Part shown: piece by piece, positions 51,127 to 61,490 of the stretch | Numbering within the stretch: the first letter of the stretch is position 1 | Layout: every line of letters starts with the position of its first letter | NCBI GenBank assembly: GCA_002470825.1 | Contig: DKOR01000014.1 | Location: 7,021 to 71,020 of the forward strand | Direction of reading: 5' to 3' | DNA from: Thiotrichaceae bacterium UBA7357 | Lineage (GTDB): Bacteria; Pseudomonadota; Gammaproteobacteria; Eutrophobiales; Eutrophobiaceae | Length of the DNA: 64,000 nucleotides | The notes under the pieces: model-generated | The model's input: only the letters and a program-made list of their open reading frames with translations | What the model was told of the DNA's origin: nothing | Databases searched by the model: none | Program-made: the position numbers and the translations under genes

Positions 51127-51840
51127 TCACTTCAGATGCCTACCGCCATCAAGGGGGAGTATTCTACCAGTAATGTATTCACTATTAAGTATATAGTCGA
51201 TTGCACTTTGAAACTCAGCACAGCCACCTTCACGTCCCATCAGACTTTTTTTTAATGTCTTCTTCTTATATTCATCATCATCTTCATGATTAAACAAAAT
51301 TAGAGAAGGTGACAGGCTATTCACTTTGACTTTAGGTGCAAACTTCGAAGAGAAAGAATAAGTGAGGTTATCTTGACCCGCTTTACTAGCGGCGTACGCT
51401 ACATGTTTCTTACTACCACATGAACTCACATAGTCACCGATATGAATTATATCTGCATGGCTATGTTGTGTGTTCATCAAAAGTGGTGCCAAGCCAAAAT
51501 TAAGTAAATACGGAGCATTAACATGCACCTGCATCATGCGCTTAATGATCTTTAATGAGGCAAGCTCAGCACTATCGCTCAGCCAGTCAGAAGCATTGTG
51601 AATAATGGCTCTGATACCACCACAGTTTCGTGTTACATTTTCAATCAATGATTCGATGTCTGCATCATTGTATAAATCACACTTTAAAAGTGTGGCGTCT
51701 TTTTTTTTAAGTTGCAACAAAGACTCTGTCTCATTACGATATGTTCCAATAACAGATATACCACGGTCGAGAAAATTATTTGCAAGATATTGGCCCAGTC
51801 GTTTTCCTACCCCAGTAATCAGAATTGGTTCGGTCGTCAT
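51127..51840 (-). CDS. folM: dihydromonapterin/dihydrofolate reductase FolM (SDR family)
   Basis: There is near-colinear similarity to E. coli FolM ([69 protein letters not shown]). The start was moved to the internal Met, giving a 4-nt overlap with folE. Confidence 0.85.
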   Translation of the reverse strand: MTTEPILITGVGKRLGQYLANNFLDRGISVIGTYRNETESLLQLKKKDATLLKCDLYNDADIESLIENVTRNCGGIRAIIHNASDWLSDSAELASLKIIKRMMQVHVNAPYLLNFGLAPLLMNTQHSHADIIHIGDYVSSCGSKKHVAYAASKAGQDNLTYSFSSKFAPKVKVNSLSPSLILFNHEDDDEYKKKTLKKSLMGREGGCAEFQSAIDYILNSEYITGRILPLDGGRHLK

Positions 51841-52529
51841 GGATTCAGAAATTCGGCACGTGTATGTATATTTTCTTTGAAACAACCTCCCAATGCTGTT
51901 GTACTCGTTTGTGAATTACTATCCTGAACACCACGTGACTTAACACAGTAGTGTGTTGCTTCAAGATTTACTGCGACATTTTCTGTTTCGAGTAGGGTCT
52001 GTAACGCTATCAATATTTGTCTTGTTAGTCGTTCTTGTACTTGAGGTCGTTGCGCAAAAAAGCGAACCACACGATTGATTTTTGAAAGTCCGATTATTTT
52101 TTTATTCGGTATATAAGCGACTTTAGCAGTCCCATCTATAGTGACAAAATGGTGTTCACAGGTACTGGTCAGATCAATGTTTTTAATTTTAATCATCTCA
52201 TCCGCGCCCATCTTATTCTCAATTAATGTGATTTTAGGAAAATTACTATAATTCAAACCTGAGAAAATTTCGTGAATATACATTTTGGCTATACGATGTG
52301 GTGTCTCATTTAAACTATCATCACTTAAGTCAAGACACAGCGTTTCTATAACCTCCTTCATTAGAAATTTTATTTTTTCATATTTTTCTTCTCGAGATAA
52401 GGACGTTTCGATCATAGGAGTTTCTATCCTACTTTCAATCAAGGCATTTCTAACCATTAGAGCTTCGGGGCTTAAAGCAACATCTTCATTTTTGATAGGT
52501 GTTTTAAGGTATACTGGTGTAACGCTCAT
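51837..52529 (-). CDS. folE: GTP cyclohydrolase I
   Basis: 230 aa with the FolE active-site motifs STCEHHFV and [10 protein letters not shown]. Confidence 0.9.
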   Translation of the reverse strand: MSVTPVYLKTPIKNEDVALSPEALMVRNALIESRIETPMIETSLSREEKYEKIKFLMKEVIETLCLDLSDDSLNETPHRIAKMYIHEIFSGLNYSNFPKITLIENKMGADEMIKIKNIDLTSTCEHHFVTIDGTAKVAYIPNKKIIGLSKINRVVRFFAQRPQVQERLTRQILIALQTLLETENVAVNLEATHYCVKSRGVQDSNSQTSTTALGGCFKENIHTRAEFLNP

Positions 52530-52966
52530 GATGCCCTACCCAAGAGTCTTAAACTCGATTTATTTTCAGTATTATATTCAAATGTTATTGATACTGAATC
52601 AGCAAACCTTAATGCATAAGGCTTATCTACCGTAACTCGAGCATTATTCACAGATTGATGTTGACTACATATATCAAGCACATCGGCGACAAGTTTTTCT
52701 AACAATAAAAAACTTCCTTCCTCAACATGTTCTATTACCTTTTTGGTAATATCCCTATAATTTAGAGCATCAGATATTTCATCATCTAGTACAGATTGAG
52801 TTATTGCATAGTTAATTTCTATGTTGATAACAACATCTTGTTTTTTTTCTTTTTCTTCTTGATTGAAACCAATGTAGGTGCGTAATCGAAGATTAGAAAT
52901 GTTAATTATTGCATTTTTTAGGCGCATTAAGTTTCTCAAGTGTTTTAGATATATTAAACCATACAA
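52526..52966 (-). CDS. dihydroneopterin aldolase-family protein (FolB or FolX epimerase)
   Basis: FolB-fold motifs ([26 protein letters not shown] … ALNYRDI … LLEKLVADV). It has a 4-nt overlap with folE. The N-terminus is probably MRLKNAI. Confidence 0.7.
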   Translation of the reverse strand: MYGLIYLKHLRNLMRLKNAIINISNLRLRTYIGFNQEEKEKKQDVVINIEINYAITQSVLDDEISDALNYRDITKKVIEHVEEGSFLLLEKLVADVLDICSQHQSVNNARVTVDKPYALRFADSVSITFEYNTENKSSLRLLGRAS

Positions 52967-53146
52967 AGCATATGTGAAGTCAATATGAAATTAAACCCCA
53001 GATCAAATTATTAGCTAGTGTTGTCTAATACATCAACACCCCCTGATATACAAATGGACGAGAATGACTGTCTCTAGGCATATAAAGTATTATCATTAGA
53101 GCATAGTAAGTGTGTATAAAGATTTAAAATATATCGGAGATATTTC

Positions 53147-53680
53147 ATGCAAAAAATTCTTGTTTTATTCATTTTGTACTTTAGTAATGTGGGAAATATC
53201 TGGGCAGTTTGTCCAGATTACCTAAATGTTGATATGGAAGTGTTGCGTTCGAATAAAATAATTAATATTTGCGAAAACTTTGGCGATAGTCCCATGTTGA
53301 TAGTCAACACCGCAAGTCATTGTGGTTTTACGCCACAGTTTGAGGGAATTGAAAAATTATACAAGCAATATAAAGATCAAGGCCTTGTAGTACTTGGTTT
53401 TCCGAGCAATAGTTTCAAGCAAGAGGCTAAAGCAAAAGAAGAAACGGCTGAAGTCTGTTATGTCAACTACGGTGTATCATTTCAAATGTTTGCAGAAACC
53501 TTTGTACGTGGTAAAAACGCACATCCAATATTTAAAGAATTGGCGCGTCAGTCAAGTCCACCTTCATGGAATTTTAATAAATATCTGATAGATAAGAACG
53601 GTAATGTTATTGACCATTTTGGCAGCACAACTGATCCAAATTCCACTGAAATACATAGACTTATTAAAACTCTACTCTAG
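53147..53680 (+). CDS. glutathione peroxidase (with N-terminal signal-like sequence)
   Basis: 177 aa with GPx motifs (LIVNTASHCGFT, LGFPSNSF, KYLIDKNG). The first about 20 residues are hydrophobic, suggesting export. Confidence 0.85.
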   Translation: MQKILVLFILYFSNVGNIWAVCPDYLNVDMEVLRSNKIINICENFGDSPMLIVNTASHCGFTPQFEGIEKLYKQYKDQGLVVLGFPSNSFKQEAKAKEETAEVCYVNYGVSFQMFAETFVRGKNAHPIFKELARQSSPPSWNFNKYLIDKNGNVIDHFGSTTDPNSTEIHRLIKTLL

Positions 53681-53968
53681 AAAAAAAGACTATGACTTCT
53701 AATTACTATCTCAATTAGAGCGCATTGCTTGATGTAGAACAATAATTTAACGGAAGCAGTATCCATTATTGATAGTAGCACTTTGAATGGATTTATCAGA
53801 GGAGTTATCTTTCATATGATTAACAATGATACCAATAAGTTGGCCAATACCCTCACATAGAGAAATACGATCTCAAATTTTTGATTTATAAAAATTAAAG
53901 AGTGTGCATTATCTTTCCGAAAATAATCTTAGTAGAAGTACGCGACTAAAAATTTAGCTCCGGGAGTA

Positions 53969-54523
53969 CTAGTTTTTTGCAGATGAATTTTCACTATTAA
54001 AATATAAGTTCGCTGCAATAATACCAGCAACAAGTCCTGATGCGTGCCCTATCCATGAAATATGTGTTCGAACATCTAGCAAAATAAATAGAAATCCTCC
54101 GTACATAATCATCGCAACCAAACCAAGCAACATAGCTTTGATTGCTTTTGTATTATACGCATCAGTCAGTATAAATGACCAATACCCAAGGATTAATGCA
54201 CTAGCACCAGCATGATAAGCCGGTGAGCCAAATATCCAGGTTCCAATTCCAGACAACAGTATGATAATTAAGGTTGACTCCCAAAAAATAACACTACCTT
54301 TTAGCTGTACTAAAGTGCCTAGGATTAGAAATGGCATAGAGTTACTTATTAAATGCCACCAATTGTGATGTATCCAAGGTGCAGTAATGATGCCTGTTAA
54401 GCCACTAATAGATCGAGGATATATTCCGTGTTGTCCAATCACCGGAAAAAGAAAAAATTGAACAGCATGAATTATCCATAACGCAATTAACACATAAAAG
54501 GCATGTGAGATTATTCGAGACAA
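53969..54523 (-). CDS. rhomboid-family intramembrane serine protease
   Basis: 184 aa with 6 TM helices. A GxS catalytic motif (HAGASALILGYW) is followed by a later AH-x-x-G His motif (GHASGLVAGII). Confidence 0.7.
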   Translation of the reverse strand: MSRIISHAFYVLIALWIIHAVQFFLFPVIGQHGIYPRSISGLTGIITAPWIHHNWWHLISNSMPFLILGTLVQLKGSVIFWESTLIIILLSGIGTWIFGSPAYHAGASALILGYWSFILTDAYNTKAIKAMLLGLVAMIMYGGFLFILLDVRTHISWIGHASGLVAGIIAANLYFNSENSSAKN

Positions 54524-55635
54524 TTTAAAGCCTTATCCTCACTTACTTTTTGAGAATCGTTGATAAGTGTAATAATTCCAGTTCCGGAGCAAACCTCATC
54601 CGGTAATGGATTCACATTAATACCTTCTGAATTTATAAACGCCATAGGTATACCAGCATCGCCTTTAACAAACTTGCAAATAACATCTGACCAAGTGAGT
54701 TCTGTAAAATTAATATCGAGTCGAACCATATGATCATCATCATGGGTGAACATATTCTCGAGCACTTCTTCTGTGCCTGGCGCCACAATTGCGCGGACAA
54801 TAAGTTCAGGATAAGCTCTTACAGGACGAATGACGGCGATAGCCCCAGCTCTCTTTATACGAGCCCGATTAATATCTTGTGTGACTTCAGCAATTATTGT
54901 TGCTGAAGTACGTATTTCATTGATGCGACTTAGCACATCAAAAGTAAGACTATCAGATAGTGGCTCGTCAGCATCACGTGCAATGAGAATAATATGTTTT
55001 GCTCTATCAACGTTAACTGCGCGCAAGTTATCATTGCTCTCAGCAACGCCATTGTAATGTACAACACCCTTATCACAGAGGTTTGAAGGTAGCCCATTCT
55101 CAAATTTTCGTGTCAAGATCTGTATTGGCATCTCTTGCAATATAGGAGTTGCTCTGACTTGATCAACAAATTTAGTTAGATAGTTAACTGTATCATTATT
55201 AGGCGTATTGATAATAACTATGTGGTTTTTCATCTTCTTCCATCTCCATCGACCAGTGATTTTTGTATCTCTTGTGATTGTGCGATAATCGAAAAATTCT
55301 GCTGCAAGCTGTGCAACTAGTGATATGCCGATTCCATATAAGGTAATGATGGTTACAATGCGTCCTTCTGTTGTTTGAGCTGATAAGTCTCCGTAGCCAA
55401 CCGTAGTGACAGTTGTTATTGATAACCATATGGAATCTTCAAGTGATAGGTCTTCAATATAAGCTATGGCAATACTATGTAATGCAATCAAGAAAAATAA
55501 AATTAAAGCCGTCTTTCCTAATCGAATTAAAAAATCCTTTTCATTATGTCTAGTAAACTTAAGATAGTGCCTTCTCTTCCAGTATGAAGCCTTTATTAAA
55601 TTAAGAATCATCATTACTTTTATCTTTCTTGTCAT
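54511..55635 (-). CDS. potassium channel with C-terminal RCK/TrkA-N-type regulatory domain
   Basis: The canonical K+ selectivity filter TTVGYGD follows two TM helices. The C-terminal half is soluble and Rossmann-like. The start is possibly the internal MMIL. Confidence 0.8.
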   Translation of the reverse strand: MTRKIKVMMILNLIKASYWKRRHYLKFTRHNEKDFLIRLGKTALILFFLIALHSIAIAYIEDLSLEDSIWLSITTVTTVGYGDLSAQTTEGRIVTIITLYGIGISLVAQLAAEFFDYRTITRDTKITGRWRWKKMKNHIVIINTPNNDTVNYLTKFVDQVRATPILQEMPIQILTRKFENGLPSNLCDKGVVHYNGVAESNDNLRAVNVDRAKHIILIARDADEPLSDSLTFDVLSRINEIRTSATIIAEVTQDINRARIKRAGAIAVIRPVRAYPELIVRAIVAPGTEEVLENMFTHDDDHMVRLDINFTELTWSDVICKFVKGDAGIPMAFINSEGINVNPLPDEVCSGTGIITLINDSQKVSEDKALNCLE

Positions 55636-55933
55636 AGTAATGAAGATTTATTTCAGCGGTAACCCGTTTTTTTATTTCAAGCTCATTTGATTCATCAACC
55701 CCTAAACGCTTAGCGAGAATAGCTATATCTTCAGAGCTTAATGACATGGCCACACGACTACGTTGAATTTTCTTGTAGCTAAGCCCTGTTAATTTTCGAA
55801 CAAGATCGCTAGGCTTGATATTTTCTTCAGCGGCATCAACAATAATCATTTTATTAACGTCCTCCTGAAACTCAAACTGCATTTGAATTTTCTTTAATGC
55901 TTCCGTCTCATGATTCCACTTATCATTTGGCAT
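55601..55933 (-). CDS. hypothetical hydrophilic protein (operon member between the YjfK-like and K+ channel genes)
   Basis: 110 aa with charged residues and no TM helices. It overlaps both neighbours, suggesting translational coupling. Confidence 0.4.
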   Translation of the reverse strand: MPNDKWNHETEALKKIQMQFEFQEDVNKMIIVDAAEENIKPSDLVRKLTGLSYKKIQRSRVAMSLSSEDIAILAKRLGVDESNELEIKKRVTAEINLHYYDKKDKSNDDS

Positions 55934-56567
55934 TGGGCCACATCTCTAAAATCACATCAGTAGGAACTGACACTCCAAGGAAGACATCGGTTTCACCAGA
56001 GCTCCAAACTTCAACAGAAAGCGAATAGTTTTCATCCTTATTAAGCTCACAAATAAAGCCTCTAAACTCCTCGCATTTATCACTTTGCGTTGATGATGCT
56101 GTAATTTTTTTCACTATTAAGTCATCTTGATAAAAATAACCTTCGACATCTTTTTCAGTTTGAATATAAACACCTTCTTTAGTCCATCCCTCAGGAAGAA
56201 CTGTGATATCTTGTGTTTTGATCTGCGCATAATCATCATCAAAGAGTATTGAAAACTGTTCCAAATCAAATAACGACTCAACCATGGCTCTTTCAATTTT
56301 TATAGAAAAACATAGCAATGGGTCGCCATCATTATCATCCACTAAAAGATAGTATGTTTTATTTTCAGTGGAGCGTAATGTAACTTCTTTTTCTAAACCA
56401 TCATCGTATTGATAGGTACCAACGCTAATCACTTCCAAATCACTGCCTTGCAGTTCAGCAGGAAGAGATGACCTTTCTTTTAAAGTAACAAGGTCTCCAA
56501 CCTGTAATTCATCGGGTTTTGATAAGGTTCTCGTTTCAGTATTTTTTTTTCTATTAAAAAAAGCCAT
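55923..56567 (-). CDS. YjfK-like protein (DUF2491 suspected)
   Basis: 214 aa. It follows a PspA-like gene exactly as yjfK follows yjfJ in E. coli. The family name is from memory. Confidence 0.45.
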   Translation of the reverse strand: MAFFNRKKNTETRTLSKPDELQVGDLVTLKERSSLPAELQGSDLEVISVGTYQYDDGLEKEVTLRSTENKTYYLLVDDNDGDPLLCFSIKIERAMVESLFDLEQFSILFDDDYAQIKTQDITVLPEGWTKEGVYIQTEKDVEGYFYQDDLIVKKITASSTQSDKCEEFRGFICELNKDENYSLSVEVWSSGETDVFLGVSVPTDVILEMWPNAK

Positions 56568-56619
56568 CTACTTGAACTCCTTAAGGAAGTATTTTTAATA
56601 CTCCTTTAGTTATGCGACA

Positions 56620-57312
56620 TTATGATTTGTTTTTATTTTTTAATCTTTCAAGGATATCATTGGCACTCGTTTTTTTACCACCAATACCCTCTTCTGATAA
56701 TTTCTTATCCAGGTCACTAGAAGATTCTTCCTCCTCCATCCAATCACCTGCTTTTTGATTATCCTTCCACTCTTGCTGCTTCTTTTTAGCACGCGCTAAT
56801 GAATCTGCAACGCGATTGCCGCTTGATTTAGTCGACGCAAAGTTCTTATTAATACTTGCGGTCGTTTTTTGTAGCTGTTCAACTGTTTTAATTTTTTCAA
56901 GCTCTCGCTTACCTTTTTCAAGATTTGAACTGCGTGTTTTAATCATTTTATTAAGCTGTAGAACCTCTTTTGCCAACGCAGTATGCTCTGTGAAAAGAAT
57001 GTCTTTTTCTGACTCTAAATCAGCTATTTTTTCAGCAACCTGTATCGCAAGATCTTCTTTACCAGCGTCAAGTGCTTCAACCGTTTTTGCTTCATAGTCA
57101 GTAATATCTGTGGTTAAGGAATCAATTTTTCGTTTAAGTCCAATCTCAGTACCTTTCAACTGAGTTAGACTTTGTTTTGCCTTATTTATAGCGTTCGAGT
57201 CATCTCGAATATCTTGCTCGAGAATACGAATTAAGTTCGCATCAACGACAGATTCACCAACTTCACTAACACCGCCTTTTATCGCTTTAAATAAATCTTT
57301 TAATATACTCAT
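56620..57312 (-). CDS. PspA/IM30 (Vipp1/ESCRT-III-like) family protein, YjfJ-like
   Basis: 230 aa with a long coiled-coil and the characteristic PspA N-terminus (LKDLFKAIKGGVSEVGESVVDANLIRILEQDIRD … KAKQSLTQLKG). Confidence 0.8.
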   Translation of the reverse strand: MSILKDLFKAIKGGVSEVGESVVDANLIRILEQDIRDDSNAINKAKQSLTQLKGTEIGLKRKIDSLTTDITDYEAKTVEALDAGKEDLAIQVAEKIADLESEKDILFTEHTALAKEVLQLNKMIKTRSSNLEKGKRELEKIKTVEQLQKTTASINKNFASTKSSGNRVADSLARAKKKQQEWKDNQKAGDWMEEEESSSDLDKKLSEEGIGGKKTSANDILERLKNKNKS

Positions 57313-57327
57313 GTGTAAAATTACCTC

Positions 57328-57735
57328 TTATTTAAGTAAGGGTGAGATTGTTTCAAGAACATCAATCGTATTCTCAGCTTGAACTTCAAGCTCATGTGAA
57401 ATGTTCTCAATAGTCGTGTTGACAGACATTGCGCCAAATAGAATGTAGTTATTGTCCTGAAGGCCAACTGAGCTTAATGGCACGGCTGGGCTAACCCTCA
57501 ATAACAATGAATTTAACTCGTTAACTTTTTCTTTAGGAACTTCATCTGCACTAAACAATGGTGTGACAGTAAGAATCTGTTTCTCAGTCATCACTACATG
57601 AATTGAGAACTCATCATTATTAGAGCAAGTCACCTCCAATATTTCATCATCAACGAAAACAGCTTCAAATGTAGTACCTTCGTCAGTGCTCATTTCATTA
57701 AGAATGAGTGATAGTTCTTGTAAATTATTCTGCAT
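57328..57735 (-). CDS. YjfI-like protein (DUF2170 suspected)
   Basis: The 135 aa acidic protein lies immediately upstream of the PspA-like gene, as yjfI does in E. coli. Confidence 0.45.
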   Translation of the reverse strand: MQNNLQELSLILNEMSTDEGTTFEAVFVDDEILEVTCSNNDEFSIHVVMTEKQILTVTPLFSADEVPKEKVNELNSLLLRVSPAVPLSSVGLQDNNYILFGAMSVNTTIENISHELEVQAENTIDVLETISPLLK

Positions 57736-57771
57736 TTTAGTTCTCCATTGTTAAGACGATCTTTTGTCCGT

Positions 57772-57792
57772 TTAATATTATATTGCCATATT
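57772..57792. promoter_or_regulatory. 21-bp perfect palindrome TATTGCCATA-T-TATGGCAATA in the promoter region of the yjfI/pspA-like operon; candidate operator
   Basis: The two arms are exact reverse complements, read directly from the sequence. The palindrome is 37-57 nt upstream of the YjfI-like start codon. Confidence 0.35.
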
Positions 57793-57848
57793 ATGGCAAT
57801 AATCAAACTATATTTTCTATATAGTACTTTTATGTCTTCTGAATTAAG

Positions 57849-59561
57849 CTAATCAACTAAAAAAGCGCCGTTTTGTAATGACCATGCATTGTGGTGATAA
57901 CGGTATAATATGTGGCTTCCTAGCTCATTGACGCGAATATCCTTAGCTGAATTGTAGAAATCCTGTGAAAACGTGAATGCCGTTTTTATTTGTTCTATCG
58001 AGATCCAAGTGTTTTCAATAGGCAGTTTGTTTATATTATTGATTCTCGTTCTTGCATCAATGCCATGAACTGTACCAATGGTCCATCCCCACTCACCAAA
58101 GGTCGGTACGTTCGCATGATACTGGTCTGTAATGAAGCCTGCATCAGCTAGTGTCCTACCTATAGAAATGAATGCTTTTTTAGCGTGATAAGGTGATGTC
58201 GACTGAATAGCGATTGCTCCATCACCATTCATGAGTGCTTTTAGCCGCGTATAAAAATAGTTTGAATACAACTTATTTAAGTCAGGATGGCTTGGATCAG
58301 GAAGATCAACGATAATGGCATCAAAAAGTTGTTGATTACTTATCATTTTTTCGACTTCTAAGAATGCATCTGCGGCGACCGTTTTTACTCTAGGGTCGAG
58401 GAAAGCGCTCCCATTCAACTTAAGCAATATCTCATTAACCTTTTTAGGCGCATTCTGGTCTTTTCCTGAAAATAGTTCGAGCATTGAAGGGTCAAGATCC
58501 ACTAACGTAACGGAGTTTGGATTCCATTTTAGAATTTCTCTAACCGCCATTCCGTCACCGCCGCCGATTACAAGAACGTTATCCTGTCTCGCGGATGAAA
58601 GAAGTGCTGGGTGAGTCAAGTAATTGTGATAAATAATTTCATCATTGCTTGAGAACTGGAGTCGACCATTAATGTACAGACTGGTGATTGGTTGAATCCC
58701 CTTTCCTACTTTACGTTCTGTTAGTGTCAAGTGCTGATAGGGTGTTATTTTCGTATAAACAACCTTATCTTTAAAGAATGAGGAACCCATTCCTTCAGTG
58801 ATGGTTGTGCTAAAAAACCCTATCGTTATTAACAGTATAGTTAATCCGACATGCGCTAAGAATAATAGTTTTGGCCTATTGAGGTACTTTTGATAACGAA
58901 ACAGAAAAATAAAGCCAATAAATATATTGACTGACGCAGTCCCTACTGCTGAAACAATAATAGGCTGTTTTAAACAAAAAATTACCCATATAGCCGCGCC
59001 CACACCCGCACCAATATAATCTGCACCATAAATAGTGCCTGTATTATGTGTTAAATGTCTTTCATAAATAATTTCACGAATTCGTGCAATCAGTGGTATT
59101 TCCATTCCAATCATGACTCCAAGAAAGAAGCCACAGATGAAAGGTGTGTAGTACACAAAACGCTGTAATAGCTGAATTATGCCTCCATCTGTGGTGATGC
59201 TGCTGTGAAGGCCATAGATTTCTTGTAATTGCTGAGGTAGCGAGTAACTCAAGCTAATAATTCCTGCAACAATTAATATTGATGTCGCACCAAAAAATCC
59301 AATTAATAATTCAAGTACAGTAAACCCAGTAAACGGATCTTTTATGAGTTTTGCTGCAAACGCGCCAATGCCCATGGAAACGATCATTATTCCAATCATG
59401 GAATATATGGCGCTATCTACAGCACCAATGACACGTCCGGCATAGTGAGACAATAGGTATTCATAAATAAGTCCACATGCCGCTAATACTGACATAATTC
59501 CGATAAGCGTTATGTCATGCGATAGCTTTAAGTCTCTTTTATTGCCTAATAAAGCATTCAT
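57849..59561 (-). CDS. spermidine synthase-family aminopropyltransferase fused to an N-terminal polytopic membrane domain
   Basis: The N-terminal about 230 aa has multiple TM helices. The C-terminal half has SpeE motifs (NVLVIGGGDGMAVREI, VDLDP, the AIIVDLPDP region). Confidence 0.8.
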   Translation of the reverse strand: MNALLGNKRDLKLSHDITLIGIMSVLAACGLIYEYLLSHYAGRVIGAVDSAIYSMIGIMIVSMGIGAFAAKLIKDPFTGFTVLELLIGFFGATSILIVAGIISLSYSLPQQLQEIYGLHSSITTDGGIIQLLQRFVYYTPFICGFFLGVMIGMEIPLIARIREIIYERHLTHNTGTIYGADYIGAGVGAAIWVIFCLKQPIIVSAVGTASVNIFIGFIFLFRYQKYLNRPKLLFLAHVGLTILLITIGFFSTTITEGMGSSFFKDKVVYTKITPYQHLTLTERKVGKGIQPITSLYINGRLQFSSNDEIIYHNYLTHPALLSSARQDNVLVIGGGDGMAVREILKWNPNSVTLVDLDPSMLELFSGKDQNAPKKVNEILLKLNGSAFLDPRVKTVAADAFLEVEKMISNQQLFDAIIVDLPDPSHPDLNKLYSNYFYTRLKALMNGDGAIAIQSTSPYHAKKAFISIGRTLADAGFITDQYHANVPTFGEWGWTIGTVHGIDARTRINNINKLPIENTWISIEQIKTAFTFSQDFYNSAKDIRVNELGSHILYRYHHNAWSLQNGAFLVD

Positions 59562-59583
59562 CTAATCCATTCCACTGGATTCC

Positions 59584-60489
59584 TTAAATAATTGAATCGA
59601 GCATTTCTACTAATGGATTCAATATAATTGCCATTGATATAAAAATTTGAGCTTCAATGAAGGCCACACCAATATTTTTTTGATTATCAACTTCTTCGAT
59701 AACATTGATACCTATGAGAATAAAACGCCTTGCTATCGCTGCAAGAATAGTGATGAAAATAACAATTGCGATGGAAACCAAAAGCCATATTCCTGCTGAT
59801 ATCATTAGAGTGTCAGGCATATAACTCACTAGATGAGAACTTGCGCTTACGCCAAGTGCCGCAGCTATGATATGTCCGGCGTAACGTATAGATAGTGCTG
59901 GATTTCCTACTTTAATTGCATCCTGAAGACGCTCGCCATTGTGTCGTCGCATATAAATTTGTGAACGCATTCTTGTTATCAGTAACAGAATGAACTGAGA
60001 TGCAAAAAAGATAAAAACAACTGACAGTAAACCATCGGCCGACTCAGTTTCAATCCACTTTATAGATGTTGATATAATAATGCCTAAAGACAAATAATTT
60101 GCTGCCTGGACTATGCCTGCTGAAATATTTTCGCTTGAAATTTCATCTTTCAATGAAAATCGATTAAAGATAACGAAATCATTAATCAATTTGCCTGTCC
60201 ATAACAAGACGATACCTGCGAATGCGTATATCAAGACATTGGTGGCTTCAGTCAAAAGATTGTTACTCGGTGTACCGTCAACTGCTGCGGCAATGATCAT
60301 TGCTAACGCTAGTGCACCACCAGCAAAAGCAACTCCATAAGCGAAGTTATCTTTCTTTGATAGCTCGTCACTTGTATTGACCCCTTCTATGAGACCTTTG
60401 ATCCATCGAAAAGCGCTGATTGCTATTACTGATAAAACGAGATCGAGACATATCACGCTGACGACCCATATTAAGTTGTTATCTAACAT
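59584..60489 (-). CDS. tandem DUF350-type membrane protein (YjfL-like, duplicated)
   Basis: 301 aa made of two similar halves of short TM helices, each with A/G-rich segments (GVAFAGGALALAMII, GHIIAAALGVSAS). The family name is from memory. Confidence 0.5.
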   Translation of the reverse strand: MLDNNLIWVVSVICLDLVLSVIAISAFRWIKGLIEGVNTSDELSKKDNFAYGVAFAGGALALAMIIAAAVDGTPSNNLLTEATNVLIYAFAGIVLLWTGKLINDFVIFNRFSLKDEISSENISAGIVQAANYLSLGIIISTSIKWIETESADGLLSVVFIFFASQFILLLITRMRSQIYMRRHNGERLQDAIKVGNPALSIRYAGHIIAAALGVSASSHLVSYMPDTLMISAGIWLLVSIAIVIFITILAAIARRFILIGINVIEEVDNQKNIGVAFIEAQIFISMAIILNPLVEMLDSII

Positions 60490-60503
60490 AATTTTCTCCT
60501 GAA

Positions 60504-61478
60504 TTATTTGCCGCGACGACCGCTACGAGAAGTTCTTGACGATGAGTTTCGAGTCGTACTTTGAGAGCTACTCTTTTTATATGCGCTACTAAATTTAGCT
60601 TTTGTGGGCCTTGGTTTTGCTGACGTAGAAGAACCGCCTATTCTCTTTTTAGCGTAAGGACTCGTAAACTTTTTTCCTGATTTTTGGAATTTATTTTTTA
60701 CTGTAGCTTGTGTTGCCCGCTGGTTTTTAAATTGAGAGGGTGAAGTATAATGACTTCTACCATAATCATTATAATAACTGTAGCCACGGTTATTTGACCA
60801 AGAAGAATAATAGATCGGTCGTCCAAAATTACTGAACATCGAATACATCCCATACCATGCCCAAAAAGAGGTGCCGTCATTTCTTCTTTGCCAGTTTCCG
60901 TAATTTGGATTACCTACTAACTGGTTTCCAGTTTCAGAATCAGCAATTCCATTTGCTCTATCACTCGCTTCTTTACTTAATGCTTCTATACGAGGTAGTT
61001 TGCCATTTGATATGTCGGCGATGACATTGATTGGATCTGTGAGCATCATATTGTAGATTGCTGGGTTTGCTGCATCAGATATTAACGCCAACTCTTGAGC
61101 GACATTTTCTGTCGCCAATTTTCCGTTTGCCGGTGCTGACTTAGATAGCGCAAGCGATGTTTTTAATCTATCAGCAAGACCTAAATAAATAGGTCCTCTC
61201 GAGGTTGAATCGAGAGCTAACGCGTTAATAAGTTCAATGAATTCAGTCTCACTATTTTTTACAGTATCGGCATACATTTTTAATATACCTGTGTTTTTAA
61301 CCAGTCCTTTATCGATATGATCTTTTAGTTGAGCAACTGAACGCTGCGCGTTCGTTATGTAGACCTCCAGTTCCTTTGTTAGAAGTTCTTCCTGAGAAGT
61401 GCATCCAGATGTTGATATTATTAATATAATTAACAAGCATAATATGTTAAATTTTTTTTTCATAATAACTCCAGTCAT
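60504..61478 (-). CDS. lipoprotein with YjfM-like (DUF1190-type) C-terminal Ser/Arg/Lys-rich region
   Basis: It has a signal peptide with the lipobox ISTSGC. The segment GTSFWAWYGMYSMFSNFGRP resembles the E. coli YjfM motif (SFWMPLMAGYMMGRLMGG). The low-complexity basic tail is S/T/R/K-rich. Confidence 0.5.
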   Translation of the reverse strand: MTGVIMKKKFNILCLLIILIISTSGCTSQEELLTKELEVYITNAQRSVAQLKDHIDKGLVKNTGILKMYADTVKNSETEFIELINALALDSTSRGPIYLGLADRLKTSLALSKSAPANGKLATENVAQELALISDAANPAIYNMMLTDPINVIADISNGKLPRIEALSKEASDRANGIADSETGNQLVGNPNYGNWQRRNDGTSFWAWYGMYSMFSNFGRPIYYSSWSNNRGYSYYNDYGRSHYTSPSQFKNQRATQATVKNKFQKSGKKFTSPYAKKRIGGSSTSAKPRPTKAKFSSAYKKSSSQSTTRNSSSRTSRSGRRGK

Positions 61479-61490
61479 GTTACAGTTTCC

